A DNA stretch of 50,136 nt, the filler included, from Catajapyx aquilonaris (lineage: Eukaryota): the NCBI GenBank assembly GCA_000934665.2. It is 2 parts of 2 records of this genome, joined end to end, with 100 filler letters (N's around TTAATTAATTAA, not from the genome) between each part and the next. Parts side by side here need not be neighbours in the genome. Positions count along the whole stretch, not along the records: positions 25,194 to 50,136 come from KZ539352.1; 1 more part is not named here. One strand, given 5' to 3'. The notes under the pieces were generated by a model. It worked only from the letters and a program-made list of their open reading frames with translations. It did no database searches and was not told where the DNA came from. Positions 25,094 to 38,200 of this stretch are shown one piece after another. Made by a program: the position numbers and the translations under genes. How positions within the stretch are numbered: the stretch's first letter is position 1; every line of letters starts with the position of its first letter.

Positions 25094-25193
25094 NNNNNNN
25101 NNNNNNNNNNNNNNNNNNNNNNNNNNNNNNNNNNNNNTTAATTAATTAANNNNNNNNNNNNNNNNNNNNNNNNNNNNNNNNNNNNNNNNNNNN
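25094..25193. other. Artificial contig linker / scaffold gap
   Basis: Exactly 44 N + TTAATTAATTAA (stop codons in all six frames) + 44 N = 100 nt. Confidence 0.95.
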
Positions 25194-25345
25194 CCCTCCC
25201 CAAAAATCCATATCCTTTCCCATTGTCCCTGTTTCCTTGCACCGGTGAATGAAGTGAAAATATATACAGAAAACTGATGGTGGTAAGCCACCCCCCTATA
25301 GCTCCCGTAAGGGACATCACGGGGTAAAATAAATAAATAATAATA
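25194..25345 (+). mobile_element. 3' fragment of a SINE at the contig edge
   Basis: atggtggtaagccacccccc...ggggtaaaataaataaataa tail shared with family A copies. Confidence 0.55.
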
Positions 25346-26319
25346 CAAAAATTAAGACAATTTCGCCCTTTATGATGTCCTGTACAGGCGCATAGGCAGA
25401 AGAATTTCAGAGGGGGGCCCATTTCATAAGCAAAAGGTGAACAATCCGTAAAGGAGGGGAACGGGCCCGCCGCAGGCGAAATTTTTTGGGGGTGAGGTGA
25501 GGAGATTAGGTGAGATGTGGGAGATTTGAATGGGTGTGTATTTGATAAAATTAGTAGCACTTTTTCCAAAAAAAATCCCGAATTAGTAATTTATCATGCG
25601 CGGCGCCCCCTTCCCTTTGGCGCCCCGGGCGGTCGCCCGGCTCGCCCCCCCCCCCTAAGGCCGGCCCTGTGTATTAGGTTAGAGTGTATAGTAAACCAGC
25701 AATGAAGTGGCAAGATATACATAATATCATTTAAAAATAGACTTTTTAAAATATTCCCAGAAAATGAGCTCTGTCAGGTTTTAATTTATCAAGAAGAAGC
25801 TCATACACGTCCCTGGTAATATTACACAGCATATATCAAGGGGTTTGTCCATTTCTAGACCTTTAGGAAAAACAAGCAGGTGGGATGCAAAGGTGAGCTT
25901 TTATTGTAGACTCCAGATATAAGGGATTTAAAGGGACCGCAACAATCAGTATCCCATAATCAAAGTTTATGCCGGGGCGAGCTTTTTCAGTTGGCTGTAA
26001 CTGAGGGTTGCTAATGGCTCTTATATCTTGAGTCAACTGCGTTACCATTAAGATCACTTTCATGCACTTCCGTCCCTGCAACAGGTACCCACATTTTTTG
26101 GAAATGATTTTCCTCTTGGTTTGTGGGTACCAAGCAGTTTTGAATCAACATGGGAAAAAAAACTCACTGTGGCCTTTGCACAGATGCTCCACACACAATC
26201 TCTGTATTTATGATTATCTCATGTTCACACTTCAAGCCTTAATAGCTCTCAAATGATGTTAAGATACTACCAAGACCGGGCATCTGCAAGATGTATATTT
26301 TGTAGCACATTTAACTTAC

Positions 26320-28596
26320 CTCAGATGGCCCAGAGAGATCAATCTTGAGCTCATCCAGTTCATCCAGCAAACCAGAGAGTCGAAGCTCATCTCCCTTCTT
26401 CTCGCCTTCCTGTTTCCCTTTGTCTTCCACTGGGCTAGATGCAAGCAATGCCCTCGTGTCCACCTCCTGCTTCACAGGTGGTGGTGGAGGAGCTTCCCTT
26501 TTAACTGGTGGAGGTGGAGGGGGAGTTTTCGGCTTTGTCACATGACCTTTACCCTGGCGTGGGCTTGGTGACTGAGCACGCCTGGCAACTAAACCCTCTC
26601 CATCCCCACACTTAGCTGGTATCTTCAAAACAGCAGATTTGGTCTTGAGCTTCAAGAGGAACGAATCATTTTCCTTCCCAACAGGTGGGAACTTGAGCTT
26701 GGATTGAAGTTCAGATATGAGTTTGCTAGTAGTGCCACCTATCACGAGGTTGGGAGGATCAAATCGTTCCTCTTGGGATGAAGGAAGGGGCTTTGGAGGG
26801 GTTCGTGGAGGCACCTTTGGAGGCACCTTGGGAGCAACTTTAGGTGTGGATTTAGCAGTGACCTGAGGGCTTTTTCTAGGGCGAACCTGGACCTTGGGGG
26901 AAGGCTTGGCTGGTCTAGGACGCTCAAACAAATCAAAGTCCAGCTGGCTTTGGGTTTCCCAGGAGAATGGTGATGAATGTTCATCTCGCCAGGTAAAGCC
27001 CTGCAAGAAAAAATTATGGAACTTGACACAATGGCACAAAACAAATCAACAGCTGAGTTTTCATATTGGGGAAAAATTATATGAATGGGGTTTTGAGATG
27101 GACTTCTCTTTCCTTGCAAGGGCAGAATGGGGTTGTAGGCTATACCATCGCTAGAATGTCACTTTTTATGCTCTTAGTGAGTTTTTTTTGGTTTGTTTTG
27201 TTTTTACCCCATTGGAGGGAACGAAGCCCTTTTACGGGGGTAGATTACCACCATTTATTCTTACGAATTTTCTTTCGCATTTTTCTCTCCAGTGGTGCAG
27301 GGATCAGGATAGGGATTTCTGAGGAGGGGACACTGGCGCAAGTGCGTTGTCTTAATGTTGGAGTCGTGTGCAGTCCCCCAGGGGGTCCGGTTGCAAAAAC
27401 CCCCCGTCAACACCACACCTCCCCATGGATGGGTCAAGGATAGGAAAGGAAGGGGGCGGCTGTGCCCTATTATTTAAGGAAGCGATCCCGGAATTTTCCT
27501 GGGAGGACCGTGGGGAACCACAGAAAACCAAGGTCAGGATCGCCGGCCCTGGGACTTAGTGAGTTCATACGCTTAATGAATCATCCCATGCATTTGTTAC
27601 ACATCAAGCAACGTATCTGGAGCAATAAATATGCCAAAAAATGTGTGTGATCAAAAACCATCAAAAAACAAGCTGTGGCATCACATAATTATGATGATCC
27701 AGTAGCACAGAGAATGCTAATAACTATACAACACCATGGGGGAATTACTATATGAGAGGGGGAAGTTGAAGGGGAAGGAGTGTGAGGAAAGTGGGGGAGA
27801 TGAGGCCTGGAAGAAGGGTTAAACACCAGGATCCAGTGAAATAGCTAAACATGGACTGGGACTGCAATAGCAACACAGCCTTCAAGTGATCCAATTTTGT
27901 TAATCCCAGCTCCAATAAATACATCAAACACTATTTTAACCCATTCAAGCCTAGCCTCCTGGAGCTAATGTGTGGGCCATACCATACTGTAGTTATGTTA
28001 CAACTACATTAACCTGCTCTAACCTAACCTCCAAAATCCAATGGACAAGTCGACAGCATAGTCACGCTAATTACATTTACCTTTTCTCTCTTTTACACAC
28101 CTTTTATTGTTCCTTTGTTGATTGCTCAATATCAGGTGTGGATTAGAAACAAGTTATTTACTCATGCTGGTGAACCTCCTGATTTTGTCGATTGAAAAAT
28201 GCCATTTATTATATGTCTCTAGCTGTCCACCTTCTCTCACCCACCCTTATTACTCACAGTGGGCTTTCCGTTCTCCTCGTCAGCCACGTACTTCTCACCA
28301 GTCTGAATCTTGAGCTTTGGGAAGACTATATGCACAGACTCCTCCTGATCTCCTACCCCCAGTTTAGCATTGTTAGCGTACTTGAGCACAGCATCGGGAT
28401 GGATGATGGTGTCGTCCACAACCTGTATCTGGTCATCGATGCTGAGGTGGTCCCAACTGTCCTCATACGAGTCCCTCACCGCCCTTAGGTCTGAGACGAT
28501 GCGTCGAGCCGTTGGGCTCATCGAGCTGAAGTAGGACTCCGCATGGGATGACGAGGCCGCCGTGGCGGTGGAGGAGCGCAGGGCGTCTACGCTCAT
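26320..28596 (-). CDS. C1orf198: C1orf198-like (DUF4706) protein; terminal exon not located
   Basis: Exon 1 28596-28258 (AESYFSSMSPTARRI...FPKLKIQTGEK); exon 2 27000-26320 starting GFTWRDEHSSPFSWETQSQLDF (family hallmark WxDEHSxPFSWET), then a Pro/Lys-rich region ending at donor GAG|GTAAGT. Confidence 0.85.
27190..27555 (-). mobile_element. tRNA-derived SINE, family A copy 3 (5'-truncated, longer body)
   Basis: Reverse complement matches the family A body and tail. Confidence 0.7.
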
Positions 28597-29292
28597 GTCT
28601 TGCCCACCGCCAAGAGGGCAAGGTGTTGAGAAGAGTGTTTCTGTCTGTCGCTCGGTCGTCTCACGGACGATGGTCGTATGCTTGTCAACCACAGGCTGCC
28701 ATTTTCCCGGAAGGGATGCAGGGTGTGCCTAAAGTCACATAGCAGTGACTTCCAATCGCTCACTATGCCAGTGCGACTGCTACGTGCCTTGTCTTCTTAC
28801 TGGGGCCATGTAGACTGCCCGAAGATAACTGGGCCGTCTAGCAGTCTTGTGCACCATGGTTTTGTGTATTGATACGCCATCAAGAAATGTGAAACGACGT
28901 GGTCATACTGAGAATAGCCCCACTGCATCGTAGCAGGAACAGTCACCGCATGTCACGGCTACCGCTGGTACATTTTCACTCAACTGCTGGCAACATTGCT
29001 ACAACGTGTTTGGCTACCCTGTGAGCGCTGCTGAGTTTTTTTCTCTCTCCTCCCCCTCCCCCTCCCCTCCCCTCCACCGCCTCCGTGGAGACAAATGACG
29101 ATCGCGAATTGTCTTTTGCGCTTGCAAATGTCTTGCTTCATTCTGAAGCGGTGAATACTTGCCGTGACCATCGACGGGTCGTCTGACTTTCAGTGTTAAA
29201 TTCAGAGTTAGGAGGTGCTCGGGCGTGTCGCCCCATTCTACCGCTCTAACCACAGAGCGTGGTCTTGGTGTAGAACCGTACAGGTGGTAGAA
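28597..29292. promoter_or_regulatory. Probable bidirectional promoter and 5' UTRs of C1orf198-like and PUS10
   Basis: Head-to-head start codons ~700 bp apart; CpG-rich relative to introns; C-rich tract at ~29045-29080. Confidence 0.6.
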
Positions 29293-32200
29293 ATGAATAA
29301 CGGAGTGAGTCCGTCCAAGAACCTCAAGCGGAAAAAGATGCTTCTGCATGACCGTGGGCTGTGCAGGCGTATCTTTGAAACGCTGAGGAATGCAGGATGC
29401 TGTGAGAGGTGTGCCCTCCGCTACCTTGGAGAGAGGGATCCTAAGAGCTACAGGTCTGTGCACGACACACTGAAGAAGGTAGGTGTAGTAGATGTAGGCT
29501 ATGCAGCATCACAACATAATGTGAAGTGTCAGGAAGTTTCTGCATCAAGACCAGCTTTTGGAGCATGAAATTGACACAGACCATTATTCACATGTGAACA
29601 GCACAGTATGTTCTGGATATATGTTTATGATATTTGACCATAATTGCCCATAATGTTGTTAATAAGGGAAACCTTGTGGAAATTAATGGAGAAGCACAAG
29701 TATCTCCTGGTGGAGTTTTTCCTTTACATGAAGCAGCTTTGTGTAAAGGAAAAGTTCTGCCTGGAGGCGATACTTGTGCCATTCCATTACTCCTTACTAG
29801 CAGTTCTTGTTTACAGTTTCTCACGGTTCTTACAGTCATAGTTAAAGGTCAGTTTAGATAACATGATCCTCTAATGGTAAAATATTCCAGAACATAGCAT
29901 TCTCAATTATAATAAGCACAATTTATGGCCAGTAGCATGCTAAGAGACACTCATGTGCCTCCCATGTGTTCTACAGAAAATCTACGGCAATGAAGATGAA
30001 GGGATGGCAGCAGAACCTCAAACCAGTGGAGAGCCAAAGGGAAAGGTGGCTAAGAAGAACTCCTGTGTGAGCTGCTTAGGACTTTTGGATGAGGGCTGCC
30101 TCCCTGAAAACATCCAAAAGGTAATTGTAGGTATCCAGGTGATGATGAATCGGTCGATGAATCTTGTGTGGCTGCCATGTCATGATTTATTTATTTTCTT
30201 GCGTCCACTGATCATGCCTTGTCTAGATAATTTTGTCCTGTAAACAACTCTGGTTGTTTTGTTAATACCTCCCTGCCATAGTTGTTGGCAATCCATTTCC
30301 CTTTTCGACCTTTTAGTTACCCCAGCCATAACTATGTTCATCTTCTCATCTCAACATAATCTGCATCAAGTGTTAATACACTATGGAATTATCCACTACC
30401 TGGAGTTTCACCATGATACATCTTTGTATTATATGAAGTTATGGCACACTTTTTTTTGTCAGTGTGTGGTTGTGTATCAATATTGATATTCGGGTTCAAT
30501 GCCAAATGACAACAACAGCTAGGAAGAAATGCCCTTGAATTCAAAAATTATATGATTTCTTACGTAATGTAGACCAAGCAGCCAAGAATTGCTGACATTT
30601 GACCAGGAAGAACATGTCAGACTGATTTGTTAGTAATCCACGCTTCCCAAGCTTTCAAAAACATCTGGGATCAGAAAATGAGGATGGAATAAAACTCGAT
30701 GAAATATTAAATGTTGCAGTAAATTACCATTAAGGTGGTGCAGTAGTAAAAATGCAGTAGGCGCGTTTTTGAGGGAACTTTATTTTTTAGTGGCGAAACG
30801 TGGTGATAATCTGGAACAGCATGAACTAGGGCACCTGCACAAACGTTTGGCCTTTACAATGATACCATACTTAACATGATTGCATTAAAATTGTGGACAT
30901 AAGTCCACAGAAATGTGTCCAATTTTCACGCGATTGCTGCCGCCATGTTATTCAAATGGACTTTTCGAAAGCGTCGTTTTCCACTCACTTGAACTCGTCT
31001 TAAATGTCACTTTTAGGCCGAAAATGGGAAAAAGACAAACTAGTGCACCTGCGCCAGATCATCTACTATTTTTTAATGCAATTTCTATGTCGATGGAACC
31101 ATTTTTGCAGCCGTACTTCCCCAGAAATGTAGACATGTCGAATCCCCATATGCTGCCCATGCATAAGCGAGTTTGTTTAAGGTCGTTGCCAAGGGCTCGC
31201 ATTGTTACTGTATTTTTTTGGTACTGCGCCACCTTAACTGAATGGTTCCTGATGCAGTTGACAAGAAAGTGTGGGCCTAGTTAAACTGTTACAAATATCA
31301 GATTCAGAAGTTGCAGAAAAAAGGAGATGCTAATGGACGTCTCACCCTAGCCCATCCATTTGGATAAGTTCATGACTCTCACCACCCCACTGCAACTCCG
31401 TTTTTTTCATATAGGTTTTCCCCTCAGACCCTCGTGACCTTAGATCGGCATATCAGTAGTTTGGTGGGATGCCGCATCGCTTCACTTGCGGCGCTTTGGC
31501 CTTTTCCTTCAGTTACTTTAACCAACAGGCAACATACAGCGAATCTGGTGGCGGAACATGGCAGACCAAGACTCCCAAACTGCTAATTCAAATCTAGTAG
31601 GCATGGTCCGTTCGTTCCTTATTTGCTCTGAGGCCTGTTCGTATCCACGTTCTCATCATCTATTCTGAATATAGTAATAATTTTCGCCTCAGTGTGAGGG
31701 TGTCGCTCTATACACTTAGTTGATCCGCGGCCGGGTGGGACTCTGGAGATCCACACGATAAGAGGGCAAGTTTCCAGACCTGTATATATATTCGAACACT
31801 CCTCAACCGTGACTCTCACTCATGATGTGACTCGTATCACTTGATGTGCAGATTGTGACTGGGATACCATGTTGTTTGCATGTCAGAATTTCGAACAGAA
31901 CTGTTTTGTTCCTTCGATTTGTCGTACCTGATGGGGCTAGCATAGTCTTCCAGTGCTAGGTACCACTCCTCTCTGTCAATTGAGAGCAAGATAAACTACT
32001 TGTCAGCTGTGAACTGTAGAAAAATTATTGACAATCATACGGGCTCCTTTGCTAGCAGTCAATTTGATCCAGAGGGAGGTGGCCTTGAAGTTGGGGCTAA
32101 TGGATGCTCAGGCAACAAGTCTCAGTGCATGGGTGTGGCCTAATGCTCATGGAGCCACAAGCACGTAGGGACAGTACAGTACTTAACAATTACATGTTAC

Positions 32201-35200
32201 TGCAATGATGTAATTACATCAAAATTTGAAATTTATTTATAAATATACATACAGTAGATATTTGGGTGGCAATTGTGTGCTAAAAAACCATGTATTCCCA
32301 CTCAAAAATTTTGAGCTGAAATTTTTGAATTCCATTTTTTTGCTGATTCAGCTGCACCTCAAATCTATGTAGTATGGGAAATATGGCAATTTGGTATACT
32401 GTTTCTGGGAACCTGTTCACAGCACAAAACACCCACCCACCTTAATCAATTACAAACCCAAATTTTAAAACAAAATCGCAGAAATGTTCCAGCAGACATT
32501 CACTAATCATTTGGGAAGCTCTCTCAACTCTCCCTTACCTCCCTCTGTCCTCTGATTTTTATGATGTAATGGTGACAACATAACAAATACAATGCCATGC
32601 TACACAATTTTAGAAATCACCATAGACTAAGGTAGAAGTACTGTTCCATGCGAAAGTTTAAGATGACTTCCTACTTCATGAGTACTCTCTTGCCAGTAAG
32701 GAGTAGGAGGTAGCCTATACAGAGGAAAAATTCAGCTGGACACCCAGTTTTATTCTTTCTCCAAACTGGAGAGTGGGTGACTGGAAATTATAGTTATGAG
32801 GTTGCATTGTCACCTCCTATCAGCAAGTATTCATGAAGTTGGTAGTGATCATAAACTTTTACAGTATTTGGCACTGTGTACTAGGTACATTTTGCTACAT
32901 GGGATGGACTGAATTGGTTTTCTGCATTTTAAAGTTCTAAGTTACACGTGGTGCATATATGCTGAATTATATCTCAAGTTTCTATTTGCCTCTGGTTTTC
33001 GCAGATTTGTACAGAGGTGACTTCAGCCTCATTTGACGCAGACAGCTTCACATGTGCCATCACTCTTCCCATTTGTATGCTGATCCGTGCACACTCCCTG
33101 TGGCTTCACCTGGCTTCAAATTTTGGAGATGTGTATCAGAAACTTCGTGAGGAGGATCATGTGGTATCCATTAAGGAAGTCTGGAAGTGGGTAGTTTCTG
33201 CTGAGATTGCCAGGGGGATCAACAAAACTCTTGATTCTGGAATCAGCAGTGACTTCTTTGTTGGAATCAACGTGCTATACCCGGAGGATGAGACGGAGTG
33301 CCTCTGCTTGTACGTTCACTGTCTCTTAATTTCAACTCTGTTTTGATCAATATTAAGACTTCAGTATGAAGGCTCCCAGGACCTAAATGTGCATTTGCAA
33401 GGAGGATGAGAAAGTGATGCATGGGGTTGCATAAGGAATGTGTTTATGCAGGTACAAATAATTCCTTGCCTGATTCAAGGCATAAATGAAGAGGCGGATT
33501 CCAAAGTCCCCTAAGTCCATTTTTGTTGTTTTGAGAAATTTGAGTTATTATTGGTATCAATAACATGGGATTATATGGGATTTGAGAAAACTCTCTGATT
33601 TTTGCGCTTGGAGTTAGGGACATTTGGTGTGTTCTAACCTCGGGAGGAGGTGGGGAGTACCATAAGCTACCAATAGATGCCATCAGCTCATTTTTCATGA
33701 AAATGGACTTAGGGGACTTTGGAATCCCACTCTTCAAATATGATTTTCCCATCATAAGGTCAAGAGAGTGATGCTATGTTTCACGATATAATGCCTAAGC
33801 AACAGCTGCAATGTTGGACACAGATCCTAGGAAGCAGTGTAGAGGATAGGCATTCCCTACAGCAGTGGTTTCCAACTGTGGGGGTCGCGAGCCTTGGTTT
33901 TACCTTTTTTTATTGCAATTTCTGTGTCAATTGAACCATTTTTGGGGCCATACAGAATGTACGTTTTCTGGAAAGGGGGCAGTTGTAGAAGGGGCTGAGG
34001 GAGGGGAGTAGGGTGGGGGGGTCGCACATTTATGGAAACATGTTTAGGGGGTCGCAATTGGTAAAAGGTTGGAAACCACTGCCCTACAGGTTCTCCTGCA
34101 TATACAGGGTGTTTCAACTTTTTTTGTCCAAACAGTTATTGGAAATATTGCACTATAAGCTGCTACTTTGTAAGCAGTGACTTGCAACCGATTTGTCGGA
34201 GGAATGGAGAATATTTTCCCTGCGAATCTTTGGTTGAAGTGGCATACACTGCTTACAAAGTAGCAGCTTAATGCAATATTTCCGATAACTGTTCGGACAA
34301 AAAGGTTGAAACACCCTGTATAGTAGAATCACCGTAAGGATAGTGATTGGGGTGGGGACAATTTTCATTTTTGTCCCTCATTTCGTCCATTGGCAACCAT
34401 TACGGGTACACTTATGCGACCTTGCTTATTCCCACTAACTGTACAGTCTTCACATATTTAAAAATACGAGGTGCTACTCAAAAGTTAGAATGATTTTTTT
34501 CTGAAAAATTAGCTAACCGCACACCTTATTTTCCTTCATCACCTTCGAAGTACTCCCCTTTGGAACATAGATACTGATCCCAGTGCTCTTCCCATGATTG
34601 GAATGGTTGGTGGAAGTAATTTTTTGTTAAGGCTCTCAGCACTGTCTGCAATTCTTCGTGGATCTGGTTTATGGAGTCAAATCTTCCTTTGAGCTTAATT
34701 TTCATTTCTGGGAACAGGAAGAAGTTGCAGGGAGCTAAATCTGGCGAAAGGCAGGTGAGGGACAATCGTCACGTTATGGGACGCCAAAAACTGCTGCGCG
34801 TGTTGTCATGTTGTTCTTGCGCCACTTTCCAGGGCGTTTCCATGGAATGTCCTCCCTCAGCCGCCTTTTATGCCAGATTCAGCACCCTGCCACTTCTTCC
34901 TCTTCTCGAAAATGAGGTTTGGACCAGCCGATTTGGAAAACCTTAACAAATCGGCGGGTCCAAACCTCAATTCTATAGGAGTATCGGTTCTCAAGTTATG
35001 CCATGTTGATGATACGTCAATTGTTGGGTGCATATAAGAAGAAATGCCAAATTTTTAAAAAAATTACAGTTTCAGTGATAATTTTGTTAAATTTTTGTGG
35101 TAATTTTTCTTGTTTTCGGCGTTTGCTTATTGCCGTAAATAAAAATAATAAAGCATGAATCCGTGATGATTACCTTTATTTATTAATATTTATAGTTGAA

Positions 35201-38200
35201 AATGTAGGTTTTCGAGCAATTTTTTTTCACAAAATAGGTAATATCTGCACTTCTGTTGAACCTAGAGTGACCGTTCCTTTTTTGGTTTGTAGCGTTATTC
35301 ATGACGCTTTCAACGGTGCCTCACACTTTCAATTTGTAGTATAAGTTTAGGCTGGAGAAATTAAAAACCTCTGCTTGGGGGTGATGCTAAACTTTTGACC
35401 GGTAGTGTACCATTAATTTCCAAGGACCCAAATTCTTAGATATGTGACCGATCGAATGCCACACACATTTTCTGGTTACATTTCAGAGGAAAACAAATTT
35501 CATAGGCGCATTTTCCTCATGTTTCCCTTTCATTTGATGTAGACCAATATGTTGATTGAGTTTTGACCACTTCCACCAACTGAAAAAAATTATCCAAAAA
35601 AGGTCCTGTTTCCAAAATTTCGCAATTTTTCCCCTCCCCATGGTATTTTGCAATTTGGCTGAAACTTGATATGGAATGTTTTGTCATAGGTTGGACCGCC
35701 GTGACTTTTTCCAGCAAAATCCGAGAAGGTCTAGCAACTTGATTGAGAAAAACCTCTGTATTTGAGGATTTTGGTTTTTTGACTGCCCGAGGTAAAAAAC
35801 AAATTGCAGACAAAATGAATGGTCATATGAGTTACGAGTCACCTAAGGAACATGGAAATAGCAATGAATTTCCATGAACAAATATCGTGTTGCATAGTGT
35901 CATTCACTTCCCACTAAAAAGCTGACTATGTAGTTCTTTATTAAATTTAGTCTTTCCCTCAAAAAAGTCCCATTTTTCCATATGTACCATTTCCTTTTGG
36001 CAGTTGTGTGAGACTGAAACCATGTTTCCACTGTTCAAGCAAACTGTGCCCACTGTTCCTCAGGCAAGGCACATCCATTCTAACTTCTTTGTTGCTGCCC
36101 TCCCAAGCTTGAGGGGGAGATTGTGAAATGATGTGATGGGTAAAGTGTGTTGGTTATGGTTGCCTTATAAAAATTGCAGGTGATTTGGCCTTTTCACTAT
36201 CTTACTGGTTGTATGAGACTGGAATCAGAATTTAATTTTAAAACTATTCATGTGAGGTGAATTGGGGGAGTAATTCAGCCATAGTCCCCAATGCCTTAAC
36301 TCTCTCTCACCTTATGCCTGGGGAGGGGGGGAGCTGCCCAGCTTGCCCAGGCCTGGGCATAGCCGTTTCGATTGTTTAGGGGCATGCTTGGCAGCCCACA
36401 GGAACTAACTGACAATGGATTGATTAATGGTGATTTATATATGAAAGCAAGTACAGTATACATCAGCTGTTGAAAATAGTAAGCAATTCAAATAAACTCT
36501 GATGATTCAATGGTAGGAAAGTATTGTCAAAGTTAGTTTTTTATGTTGTTAACCACTCCTTTATCTGTCAACTAGGATGGAGATGCAGAAGGAGACTTTC
36601 CTTCACCGCAAGCAGAAGAAGAAGAAGTACAATGGGGAGCTTTTCACACGAAAAGCAGTAGAGACAGCCATCCAGCAGACCCTGCCTGCCCATTTTCGTT
36701 CCCACTTTCCTTCTCCTCCTCCCATCCCCACTACCACTGTTGCCTATGACAAAGTGTCATGTACACACACCTCCTTATACATAGCCGGGAGGTATCGCAA
36801 GTACTCCCGTAGCCTCAGCCAAACACCATGGGTGGTGGATGGTTTAAAGAAGATGGAGACCTCTGTGCAGGAACTCATCTGCAACAGGATTATACCAATA
36901 GTCAAAGCGGACTGTGAGTGTTCTTATTGGTGCATCTCAGTAATTGTGTGACAAAATATTCCTTCCAGCATGATTTTGTGTGTGTACCATGTTAATTTTA
37001 AGTGGAAGTTGTTCTAAACCATATTTAATGAAAATGTGAAACTCAATGTTTTCACACCAGGCATAAAAAACTCAGCTTGCAAGTTTTTCACTTCTGAAAT
37101 GACCACAAAAGGCTTGGTCCTGAATTTTAATTTTTCTGGCAGTGGTTGATGATCCAATATTTTGAGTTGCATATTGTGCAATGAAACTGATGTTTTATCT
37201 AGTTGATGCTAATACAGTGTGGAAACCTTTCCATTGGTTATTACAAAGGGGAATCATGAATTCGCACACATCAATTTCATTAAAGTTCTGGGTAGTGAAT
37301 AATATGATTCTAAAAATCAGACATCATCTATCCATTGTCATAAAAGACCTAAGCATAAAAACAAATTTGGAATCTAAATTTTGGAAGGTACCCAGCTCCT
37401 TCTGTAGCTAGTATACAGGCAAAAAAAAAAAAAATGCGAATTATCAACGTATAAGCCTTGATTACCATTGCACAGGAGTATCACATATCCTTCTATACCT
37501 CCTCTTCTGTTAATTAAAGGGACACTCCACTCAAAATGCAAGTTGGGCTCTAAAAATTGGGCAAAAAATCCTGATTCCAAAGGTGCAATCGTTTTTTGCT
37601 ACATGGAACGGAAAAGCAAGGACAAGGCATTCAAGTCTCAGAATTTGCGTCGTCTGCTAGTGAGGTGCCCCTCCAGTCCAGTCCGCCCCTAGTCCGCCGC
37701 TGCGTGTGCTGCCACCGGATACTAGGTGAAACTGGTGAGGGGTCGTGGGCCCGGAGGTGGCCAGATGAAGCTGTGGCACAGACCAAAGATGGCATGGATC
37801 AAGATGGCGCAACCTCAGCCAATTTCTGCCAAGTACCGGGGGAGGCGCTGCTGTTTTGCGGCAGATACGAATTGCCGAACTTTGACGGCTCGCCATGGCC
37901 TTACCGGTCGTCTCTCAGAAAAACTGCTTATACCCTTGGAATCCGGATTTTCTGCCCGATTTTTAGAGCCCTACTTGCACTTTGAGTGGAGTGTCCCTTT
38001 TAGGAAAATCCCAACTAATGGCTTACATGAATGCCACCCACTCCCGACATCCCAATGCAATAACTGAGGGCAAAAATAAGCTCTGCAAGACATGCAAGTG
38101 CCATGCATTGCCTATGATAATTTCCAAAGCATCTTGTGTCAAACACATGCCACATGACAACTCCAGGTCTTTCTGAGCTTTTAATCACCATCAGTTATTG

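Noticed and set aside
25863..26075. Possible terminal exon of the C1orf198-like gene
   Set aside because: An acceptor-like site exists, but the phase-0 translation shows no family C-terminal motif
15229..26319. Apparent in-frame C1orf198-GW182 fusion gene
   Set aside because: Spans an artificial linker; both genes are visibly incomplete at the gap
30139..30219. C/D snoRNA-like boxes (RTGATGA...CTGA, ~70 nt apart) in PUS10 intron 2
   Set aside because: Only ~20 nt from the donor, weak terminal stem and no convincing rRNA guide
31400..31890. Possible solo LTR in PUS10 intron 2
   Set aside because: No TSD, clear TG...CA boundaries or second copy could be established
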